A DNA stretch of 47,037 nucleotides from Salisapilia sapeloensis CBS 127946 (taxonomy: Eukaryota; Protista; Oomycota): NCBI GenBank assembly GCA_023334545.1, contig JAADVB010000151.1, positions 1-47,037 on the forward strand, given 5' to 3'. Shown piece after piece: positions 30,501 to 39,729 of this stretch. The notes beneath the pieces are model-generated. The model was not told the origin of the DNA. It saw nothing but the letters and a program-made list of their open reading frames with translations, and did no database searches. A program made the position numbers and the translations under genes. Numbering within the stretch: the first letter of the stretch is position 1; each line of letters begins with the position of its first letter.

Positions 30501-31975
30501 CGAAACCATTCGATGTTTACGCTTAGAGCTTGATCGCTTATCGATTGACGAGATATGATCTCGTACAGATACTTTTGTAGCATTCCACCTATTGAAGTCT
30601 GTTTGAATTCAGTCCTTTGATGGGATATAGCACCTGTATGTTGACGCTGTTCACTCCGTGTTGTGTCCCACGTCATGTAAAAGCTTTCAAGAAGTTTGTC
30701 GAAAGATATTGCTGACTTTTGGACTAGCCGTACAAGTAACTGATATCCAAATTGTTGAACAACGGTTGTGTAGGTAGATGTCGTAAAGTCTAAGCTTGTC
30801 ATCGATATACACGTAATATCTACCTCACAGCATTGGCAAATAATTGTGGGTAGAGGAATGTTGTCGTGTGTGGAGTTATTCTGGACAGCCCGATGCCATA
30901 CGCTGTTCCATACGCCCACTTCAGTGGAGGGATTGCCTGTGTTTGCTTTGATAACTTCCTGTGCTACACGATGGTATTCTTCTCTTGAAATTCGAGACTC
31001 TACTTGTCTCTCATCCGCATCCTTCCATTCGCCATTTGATGACGCTGTCGGGATTTGACTAAGACTCCTGTGGATACTTGTGGCTATAGAAGCAGAGCTG
31101 TCATTTGTATGTAGCATACGGAATGTTTCGGAGAGAAAGGATAGAGACTTATAAGCGTTCGACAGATCTCCATCCTTATCTCGGTGCTGTATTGTTCGGA
31201 CAGCATTTGATAGCTGCTGTTCAATTGCATCCCATTCCGACCAGAACGATTTGAATGATGTGAGACTGCTATCTTCCTGGAGCATGCAAAAGTCGCACTT
31301 GGTATGCTGTAGATGACCTAGATTCTGTTTATCCTGCTCCATCTTACTCCGTCGACGCTTTTTGGTTGGTGTGCGCAGCCCATCTTCTTGCATCGTCTGT
31401 TTAGAATACTTGAGCACATTGATGGACTCTGTTAAGATCGACTGAATGGAGTCGGTCGCTTCCTGTATCCAGTCTGCAAGCTCTTGGTTCGTCACTACCC
31501 AGTCCTCAGCTTTCTTGGAATGGTGCGTTAAATCACTTACAGATAACGTTTTTAAAGCTGCAATAAATAGTAAAAGTCGAGGTCGCAATGGAAGCGGTGC
31601 TTTCGTGTCCGTGACAATGTGTAAGATAATAAATGGAGGCACGAGATGGACAAGTCGTTCTAATACGTCGTTTGCGTCACTGTGCAAGAGTCCAGAGCTA
31701 CGCATCGAGTAGCAAAGATGCGAGAAACAACGTGCAGATCGATCTGTGTCGAAATTGGTTTTGTATAGCTGAAAGCATCGCCGCCATTCGTCTAATACGT
31801 GACGGTAGAGCACTGGAAATCGACGCAAGCTATCAAACTCACATGGTATGGCACAAGATCCTTTGCATTCGCACAGATGCTGTTCTTCTGCTGTGTTTCT
31901 GCTTACTGGCAGTCGAGAAGGATTCTTAAATAGTTTCTTAACACCATGCTCCACTTGTGAGATCGCTGCTTCCAT
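27587..31975 (-). CDS. Large uncharacterised, apparently all-helical protein (1462 aa, intronless)
   Basis: Uninterrupted 4.4-kb ORF with Leu-rich amphipathic helices, a basic NLS-like PTKKRRRSK and Cys clusters (HLCECKGSC..PC, KCDFC, CQCC). No family recognised. Confidence 0.85.
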   Translation of the reverse strand: MEAAISQVEHGVKKLFKNPSRLPVSRNTAEEQHLCECKGSCAIPCEFDSLRRFPVLYRHVLDEWRRCFQLYKTNFDTDRSARCFSHLCYSMRSSGLLHSDANDVLERLVHLVPPFIILHIVTDTKAPLPLRPRLLLFIAALKTLSVSDLTHHSKKAEDWVVTNQELADWIQEATDSIQSILTESINVLKYSKQTMQEDGLRTPTKKRRRSKMEQDKQNLGHLQHTKCDFCMLQEDSSLTSFKSFWSEWDAIEQQLSNAVRTIQHRDKDGDLSNAYKSLSFLSETFRMLHTNDSSASIATSIHRSLSQIPTASSNGEWKDADERQVESRISREEYHRVAQEVIKANTGNPSTEVGVWNSVWHRAVQNNSTHDNIPLPTIICQCCEVDITCISMTSLDFTTSTYTTVVQQFGYQLLVRLVQKSAISFDKLLESFYMTWDTTRSEQRQHTGAISHQRTEFKQTSIGGMLQKYLYEIISRQSISDQALSVNIEWFRILFEIFGPDKSPETWMLIIQLVEKRSTDQPPSPTTYLSILASLQRQQASGNWTNTAAVLFIRTLKAFIQYQLSEIIVTNGSNCRQDREALSTPRSDDFVQFQGIITSIVKQLEIQDVGQLLASIIESDGLRTGKHQVSESSGLWYLGLLHYLFPAFNHYITPKVPSKKPNRKQMRSTFISILSSAYSELKEANAQLAFLPSFLRFCRAWDAYCVDTFVQDKTSTSEWGIDFLQQTFVYTDILSYFDTKGKLQQVDASSQVMLRSLLQKPNSMPTHLKEKSEYICNFLESLRRSGPDDMTYAAIKDDTSSMQEEFTDLSAALAHAGRANTLLQYTLHKYREGDESVLMQVKTNVERWVILIGQKSGEQLVGKETRSELVLLACQLLYHFPKVTGNIEALQTPVTHHVRKTVERFITGLSENGEILFPNDTTAVASTFSLELTLRAYLSAVMLPDLADFTRLIIQSTLQAKSATDVTQMMDLAIRFQQSILHEVVKKEIKQAMHLSGPDSVNMIGQTTRTKNALRMLKAPSFTTVFHLDWDVHLFGADEAVDWMELCFRLCLQGDKDDARRLLEQLVKCFESKAEKASLAKAYWLAALLSSATLLTYKSVLQDASSKLRDASAFVLQQLDLGGAEYEANGIVQQCCHVKLLESNSLNRGSCILKKVYVHTDGVTIFDVSGMQLEHHLVHQFGQRLFNRDQVDQSGVNDPFRLVFLPCHLYLKAALRHSQQFLYIPSSSEDSKAWEKAFHDAILQFYLPIEFQNDTFQLLLVWLQTWMDASLKRGEMTCRLVSLLAMQRRLFHRLCNRLRPKDCRDSFQLLESMLEWTLVDTEVDGQTSRKISVVQEAISELDLIDVITRSTQELTWEKVIISMERIQNDGKQMRLDDEITFHILEPLFQVLLLVSLNDGTDSTPMEADRLPSSLPGAANAFQNWSKRMLVMYGYLGYERCKCMLEDLSKTCSREDRTCSSRD

Positions 31976-31984
31976 TTTAGTGTT

Positions 31985-32001
31985 TTCGAATTTTGCGCGG
32001 G
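31985..32001 (-). promoter_or_regulatory. CDE/CHR-like (DREAM/LIN54-type) element
   Basis: On the minus strand, CCCGCGC-AAAA-TTCGAA: a GC box, a 4-nt spacer and TTYGAA, ending 10 nt upstream of the ATG at 31975. Confidence 0.4.
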
Positions 32002-32875
32002 TTTTTGTGAATTTGTGTCATATATCGATACTTAATTGATTTCAGTTAGAAATGTATGAGAATACGAACAAATTAATTGGTAGAGGCATGTAAATCTTAT
32101 GCACATATCACCGTCTCACATGTGGCGCTTGATGCATCTTATCGTCTACTTCTTACTTTCAACCTTCACTGCTAGAGCATAAAGTCAAGTAGATTGTCAA
32201 CGCGTACGTTTAGACTTGTGGTAATTAAAGATAAGGAACGCCTCATTAAACTCGGAAATGTAGAGTACGAAAAATGTCAGAAGAGCAGTAGAACAGATAT
32301 TCAGTTTTAATCCGTGCATTGTTGGTCTCTAGTGCAGTCGCTATAAACTGAGAAGCTTTAGGGCTACTAGAGATTATATTGATCTAGATAGTAAGCTCGA
32401 CGTATTTAACGTATACAATCCTCGCTGCATTTTGGCATCTAAAATAGTGGCACTCAAGCAGTTAGCAAAAGATGACACTCGAGTATTTCTCGCATCCCTT
32501 TCAAGAAATTCATAAAGTCATCCATGTAACTTGGTACTTCCGGCCTTGATAGGATAATCAGCTTCAAGCGCTCACGTCAATTCAAGTGGAATTGCATCTG
32601 GTGATTAAAGCAAATGCCTGATCCATATCAAACAGCATAAGCAGCTACAGCTACTCCAGACAAGAAACAACGAGGATCGAACAGGACATTAGTACCGTCC
32701 TAGTGTCATATCCTTCGCCCAACCCATCAACAAAAACACTCAGCATCCGATCCTAAAGGGAAAAGCAAATTTTTAAAAGAAAGAAAACAGACATAGCGCA
32801 TCGCCCACTCCTCGTCCACCATCTAGAAAAAGGCTACCTGGCGGTGTCCTCGACCGAGTCCTTATCCTGAAAGAC

Positions 32876-35800
32876 CTAGTACTGGTATCCGCCACCATAG
32901 TTCTGGGGCATGCCACCCATACCGCCCATGCCGTTCATACCCATGCCTCCCTGCATGCCTACCTGCATTCCTCCTTGCATGCTTCCTCCGCTCATGCCGA
33001 GCGCAGGGTTCATGCCGACACCGCCATACTGGTTCGGATCATTGTACGGCGTCGCAGCAATCTGCATCATCGGCTGCATGCCGCCCATTCCAAAGCCAGC
33101 ATCCATCTGCGGCGCATCTTGCGTCGTCTCCTCCTCACGGGTACGCTCATCAAGCTCCTTGATCTTCTCGTCCGTGTTCTTGACGTACTGGATCATGTAC
33201 GGCATGACAAAGTCCGTGTACCCGTGGCGCCACGCAAGTTCCATCGCAACATCCGGCTTGATCAGCTTAAAGCACGTGAATAAGGTCGCCGCGAATCCTT
33301 CCTTGTCCTGCTCACCGACAAAGAATCGAAGGATATCTTCGGCCAATTCTGGATCTTCCGAATCCGCAGCACAGTCGATGCAGTCCTTGTACATCTTGTC
33401 TTGCTTGCTCAGCTTGACCGCTTGCTTGTAACGGCGGTTCATACGGTGCAAGAGTGCAGAGACACGTCGGAACTCGAGCAGCTCATGCTTCTCCAGTTTC
33501 TGCGCCAAAGCGACTTGATCAAAGTTGTCGTACGCTTCGATGGATTCACGAAGGCTAGCGTAATCCTCTTCCTCGACGTACACTTCGTTCAACGCTTCGT
33601 TCACAGCCGACAGATTCTCCTTCTGCACGTCTTGGAGGTACTCGATCGCTAGGTCGATACTCATGGCCTTACGCAACTGGTGGACGACACGTGCGTGGTC
33701 GAGATTGGGCGTCAAGACCTGGAGTAGACGGTTGAGCTCCATCGGGTGCTGCTCCAAGTAAAAGTTAATCGACTTGTAGTGGATCTCTTGGTTGCGCACA
33801 CGTTGGATGCAGTCGAGGAAGAGGTCATGGGCGAAGGCGACTGGGTGGTCGACCATCGTCCGAACGGCATTGTCGTACTGACCGTCCTCCTTGTACAAAA
33901 AGACGGCGTGGTCCCAGTGCAAACCCTTCTCACAAGCACGCAGCACCTTGGACACGTTCATGCGCGAGTGGAAGATCTTGAGATGTTCCATGAGCTTGCT
34001 CGTGTTATACTTGGCGTACAGGATCGCGAGCTCCGTGAAGATACCAGCGTGAGCGCCTTCCAGTCCAAGCCCTTGCTCCAAGAGCTTCAGTAGCTCCTGG
34101 AAGTGGCCACGCTGTTCATAGTGGAGGATGAGCTCTTCCAAATGGTCTGGGTGGACAACAATGTGGAGACCGCAGAGTCCAGCGAGACGGAACTCGCCGA
34201 CGTCAACACAAGCGTAGTTGACTTCCTTCCACGTCCCGACAGAATTCGCTTTCGTCGCAGCATCGACAGCATCTCGGAACTTGCCGAGACGGACGTAACA
34301 GATCGCGAGACGAGCGTTGTTGTTAATGTTCTTAAAGAGCAACGTCGCAGCGTGGTACATGCCTTCATCGTAGCATCGTTCGCCAATGTTCTGGATCTGA
34401 GCAACGTTCGGTGCGGAGATAAAGTCTTCCAAGTCCGAGTATCGCTCACACTTGGCAAAAGCGTAGATGAGACTCGTGTCGAGGAATTGCTCCTTAACCG
34501 ACTTGCGAGCCATCTGGAGGTACGGGATCAAGACTTCATAGTCGTCCTGGTGCTCGGCAGCAGAGATCACGTCCGCGTAGCTACCTGGATCGTCTGCCTT
34601 GATGTACGACGAGATGGCGTCGTGCACTTGACTCTTCTCGAGCTGTGCTTTAGCTAGACGAGACCAGACGGCTGATTCATTGCATCGATCGGCAAACTCA
34701 TACGCACGTTCCATGTCGTTGACATAGTCGAGCAAGACCTCAATCGCCTCGACATGATGTCCACTCTTCTTGTAGATCACGAACGCTTCTTCATGCAGAC
34801 CGTATTGCTCTCCAACCGCGATGCGTGCAATCTCCGGACCGTCAAAGTTGTCGAGACGATTGACATAGTCCATGACCTTATCCTTCCCGGCCTTAATCGC
34901 CGTGAGAACGAGCAGATTCTGCAGGTTCTTGTTGTCGGAAAAGTCAGTGCCTTGGAGCACAATGCGTTCCAGCAACTCGATCAATTCACTCGGGAGCTCT
35001 GCGTTCATGAACGCACGCACGGTCGTCGACACTTCATCTGGGTTCTGCGTCTCCGGCAACGCCGTCTGAACGATCTGATCGATCAACGCGCGGCGGCTAG
35101 GAGACTCTTCCTCTCCTTCCTCCTGCTTCACGAGCACTCGACCCCACAAGTCCAAGTCCTGACGCTCCACGAGGTATCGTGCGAGGTCCTTGAAGAGACC
35201 ATTCTCGGTCGTCACACGCACGAGCTCATCGTCGCACTCGCCAGCAGCACGACGGTAGGCGAGGAAGGCGAGTGCCGGGTCGAGCTTCTCGCAGTACTTA
35301 CCGAGGACCATGGGATCGTAGTACTGGTTGTTCTTCAAAAAGTTCTGCGGCTCCTTGTTGAGCGTAATGTAGATCTTACCGATCGCATTGTGCGTCGCGG
35401 TTTCCGTGTTACCTTGCGCCAAGCGAGTCTCGAGCCACGGCTGGAGCAGACGTAGACGGTTGCGGCGTTCAACATGCTCCACGAGCTCATCGACAGGACA
35501 CTGCTGCACTTGGTTGAGGAGTTCCTTGAGAAAGTCTTCGTTACAGTCCAAGTCGAGGAGCTTGCCGATGACCATGGGAGTCTTCTGCGGACTCACCTTG
35601 GTCGCGTAGACCTCAATGTACTTCATCAAGTTGTTCGAGTACAAGTACTGCGTCAGCTCTTCGACAAAGTCGTTGCGGTCGCACACGTGGATGAGCGGAC
35701 GAGGGTCCTGCAGCTTGCTTTCCTTCAGGAACTCCTTCACCTTGACTGGATCGTAGACGGATGAGTCACGACAGACACGCTCCACTTCCTTGAATTGTCC

Positions 35801-38124
35801 CATCTTGGTCGCAGCTTCAATGTACTTGAAGTGGACGTCCGGGTCTTGAGAAAAGTTGACGATCGAGCCGAGGAAGTAGTAGAGACCATCAAAGCTCTTG
35901 TACTTCTCAAAGACATCGATGAGCTGTTGACCTCCGAGCTGCTCTGCGTACTTGGTCGCGACTTGTACGACGATCTGGAGGTTCTGACGCAAGTTGCTCG
36001 ACAACAAGGTGTTCAAGAGCTCCATAGACGTTTCACTCGTCAACGTGCCAAAGAACGAGACGAGGAACTCTTGGTTAATCGCTTGTGTGTTGACAATCAC
36101 GCGCTTCAAGTCCGAGAGCTCAGAGTAGTGCTCTAAAGCACGTTGGAAGAGCCCTGCCTTTTCACACATTTGCGCTACGTTCGGACGATCATAGTGCGAG
36201 AACATGTTGTTCGATAGGATGGCATCCGCGACTTGTGGTGATCCACCCAGCAAATTGATTTCGAGCAGACGCGTCTGGAGGTATCCTTCTTCCGGCCGGT
36301 CATTCTTCAGAGCTTCCAAGAGGAACTGCGTCGTCTCTTGGATGCGATTCACCTGCATGAAAATATCCACGACCGAGTTAATGTCGACGAACGGACCGTT
36401 CTCGGCTGTAGCGAGTTTCTGCGCAAAGTCCAACGCGCCTTGAGGGTTCGATCGCACGAGGTTCTGCAGCATGAACGTGTAGTCACAGCGGTAGCCTGTC
36501 TGGATAGCGTACTGGACGATCTTGTCGAACTCGCCACGCTGCATGAAGCAGTTGACCACCTTCTCCGACACTTGGGCACGGAGGTAGACGGACAGCGCGA
36601 GGTTCGTGTCCGACTGCGCGACGAGGTCACCCAGCTCTTCACTGCACTCGAGTTTCTCTTCGCCCAACCACTTCTGGAGCAACTGACCACGTCCTTGCAT
36701 CAATACTGGACGTGCGAGCTCTAGTGACTCGAGTTTGTTCAAACTGCCCTTCTCCAGGAGCACACTGAAGTACTGGAGCACTGGCTGCGGCTGTCCCTGC
36801 TGCGCCGGCATCTGCTGAAAACGCTGGATGGTCTGAGGAGTCCGAAGCACGCCTTGTGGGGACGCAGCAGCAAGTCGAGCTGCGCCTTGGACGTCGTTCG
36901 AGGCCATCAGACGCTCAAACTCGGTAAAGTAGAGATCCTCGGCACCTGGCGCATCGAGACGCGTGGCTAGTGAAAGCGCGAGCTGGGAATCCCGAAGCGT
37001 GCCCGTGACGTACGGCACGAGCTTGTCCTTGTTCATGGCGAACTGGAGGACCTGTCCACGACGCGTGATGCCGAGCATGCCCTTGGTCTTGGACTCGAGG
37101 CAGCAGACAAAGGCCGTATCTTGCGTCGCACGGATGCGAGACACAGCTTTGCCTGTGTGTGCGTCAAAGACGAAGAGGTAGCCCATCTTGGTGATCATGA
37201 AGATCAGGTCTTCCTCTGGCGTCACGACCATGGAGACTGGGAAATCGTTCTGGGCGTCCGCGGCGACAGGAATGTTCTGAGGAGGCAGACGGAAGACACC
37301 ACCCTCTGCGTTCTTGTCACGTCCGACTTCCATCACAAAGAGCTGAGGAGGAGAGTCACCCTTCGTACCAGCAAAGATTAAGACCTGTGCCTTGTCCGAG
37401 CGACCAGGAGGCGTCATGGTCGTGAAGGAACCGGCGTGGCCTTGGAGGACTTGGCTGACCTTACGGTCGACAGAGTAGAGCTGCATGGTGCCGACGATGC
37501 GTCCTCCTTCTCCTTGTGAAATACCCGTGAGCAAAAGCCATTTGCCGTCTTCCGATGCGTCGTAGCTGATGATCTGGGTGCCAGCGCTAAGGTTGGCGTG
37601 GCGGTCGAACATCTTGACGGGGGCCGAGTCTCCCTCGAGACTCCAGTGGTAGACAGCCTTGGCAGTCACGAGTGCCACCGTGTTGACCGAGACCCAGCGC
37701 CAGTAGACGACGGCTTCGTTCATCAAGTGGCTCTTCATCTTCGCTCGTAGCTCGAGGTTGAAGATCTGGAGTTGATTGCCAGAACGTAGCGCAATAACTT
37801 TACTAACGGGGTTCATGATGGCTGCTTCAGCATTAATCGGACGTCGCTGGACAGCATTGTTGTCCGACATGTCAATGATGACAATCGACGTTTGTCCATT
37901 CTGTTGTTCACAAACGCAAATGTACTTGTCCGACTCCATCGTCGTGGCGCCAAACTTGACATAATCCGAGTTCACGCCCAACGAGCTCAACTATATCCAA
38001 ATAAAGTATAAAATCAGTCTTATTATGCCCATCGGTGGTACGCGATCTATTGATCTGCTACGATTATAATAAGAGTGCATACATTAAGCCGTTCGCTAAC
38101 GGTAATAGGTAGATCTTGGGCCAT
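32876..38124 (-). CDS. CHC: Clathrin heavy chain (2 exons, 1718 aa)
   Basis: Exon 1 (38124-38083, MAQDLPITVSERLN) joins LSSLGV..TMESDKYICV through a 92-bp intron (38082-37991). The protein has the terminal propeller (RRPINAEAAIMNP), CHCR repeats and trimerisation region (FVMPYMIQ). Confidence 0.99.
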
Positions 38125-38334
38125 GCTTCTTTTTGTTTTTGAAAGTAGATACCAAGTAGATATCAAGGGGGAGATACAGGAGACTCCTAGAACGCTCGCT
38201 CGCTTGTTCCGAACGGCCCCTCTTTCGTTTTTGAGGTCGTCTGACGTGGAATCCGGGCAATAGATCTTCCCGATCAAGTACGAAAACCCAACATCGAAAG
38301 AAAAGAATTTCAGATTCCTTTATCTTTTTCCTTG

Positions 38335-39284
38335 CTACACTTGGACATCCGAGGTAGTCGTTACGGTCACGCCCGCTGCTTTCATATCCGCCACGAATTT
38401 CTACACCTGATAGTAGTATATAGCTTCTTTCGTGTAGTAGTGGATGGGTGTACCTCTCCATCGGCTTCGAATCCGGCGACGGACGAAGTGCAGTCTTCGA
38501 GGAGGATGAGGTCCTGGATGCGGTCGGATGGCCAGTTGTCCACTAGGTCGCGCATGGTGTAGTTTACGCAGTGGGACTTGGCTTCTCCGCAGACGATTAC
38601 TTTTCTGGCATGCTTGAGAACCGCAATCAGGTCTTGGTTCAAGCTAGAAATCAGGATACAAGTGTCAGTATGAAGATCGAGATCGAGATGTACTTGGGCG
38701 TACCTAGTGTGAGGGTCATACTGTAGCTCGACTTCAGCTTTTAAAGCCGAGTAATGCTCCGTAAATGAATTATTGCCTTTCATCACATATTGGATTGGCT
38801 TTCGTGACTCCTTCGACCACTTCACAGCAGCGTCATGCACTGGAGTAACAACATTATGTCCAGGAGATCCAATCAGGCAGTGCTCTGGCCAGATGCACAG
38901 CTTGAATTTGCCACTTGCTTCCAATGACGCAGCGTAGTGCTGAGCATATTCGACGAGGCTTCGGTCTTTTGGAAGCCACTCTCCATCCTGCACTTGCTTG
39001 GAAGTGATGAGCGTAAACGGAGGTGGAGATTCCCCCTTGGCATTTTCCCAGAAGATGCCATGCGCGATGTTATACCGTTGGTGCGAATCCAGCGTCAGCA
39101 CAACTTGCGAGATCTTGGATTCATGCTTTTCCATGAACTCGGCAATGCGTTTCGAGTCTTCATTCGCAGTAGCGACTGCAAGTGACCCTCCCGGATGAAA
39201 ATCATTCTGGGCGTCAATCACGAGCATGCAAATGCCTCCCTTGGGTACACCGGCAGCTCGTTTTAATGCGTCGTCAAAGCTCAT
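38335..39284 (-). CDS. Nicotinamidase/isochorismatase-family cysteine hydrolase (3 exons, about 278 aa)
   Basis: Catalytic triad motifs IDAQNDF (Asp), MKGNN (Lys) and GEAKSHCV (Cys); metal-binding TLDSH and WPEHC. Introns at 38703-38644 and 38453-38401. The last exon is KFVADMKAAGVTVTTTSDVQV*. Confidence 0.9.
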
Positions 39285-39526
39285 TTTGCAAATGAAAGTA
39301 CGGACGGTGGCAGTTACATACAAACGACTCTAATCTTCAAGGGATAAAACTACATCTACATGAACTTAAGAGCACATCCTATGTCTATTTCGTCTTATAA
39401 AGCTTACAAAGGCACGTACTTGTAAGATACGTCTACTATCATTCATCTGGTTCTCATGAATAAGATGGCCAAAGCGCCAGTCTTATGTCTCCCGAACGTC
39501 GCGCGAAGGTTAAATTCTACATGCAT

Positions 39527-39540
39527 TGACACGCCTGTCA
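39527..39540. promoter_or_regulatory. Palindromic TGACA-N4-TGTCA dyad in the divergent nicotinamidase/HECT promoter
   Basis: TTGACA-CGCC-TGTCAA at 39526-39541. The same 10-bp dyad with the same spacing occurs at 46918-46931. Confidence 0.35.
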
Positions 39541-39729
39541 AGGTATAATTGAATCAGCATTACTCCCTCTTCTCAAGCGTCGGAGTGCTGAACGCAGCAC
39601 GCTTCGCCGCACCTGCTTTCCTATCAGCATCCATTACGGCGTGCCTTCCACCAAGGACTAGCTATATCACTTTGCGTTCTGCCTTATCATCCGACAGTGG
39701 CATTCACTACACATAACGTGGCCAATACA

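Noticed and set aside
27587-31975. Assignment of the 1462-aa protein as FANCA
   Set aside because: Only the length, helical character and a weak EWFR similarity support it. No diagnostic block could be aligned by eye.
32910-37964. Many long + strand ORFs (up to 233 aa) opposite clathrin
   Set aside because: These are antisense shadows produced by clathrin's biased codon usage; they have no independent motifs.
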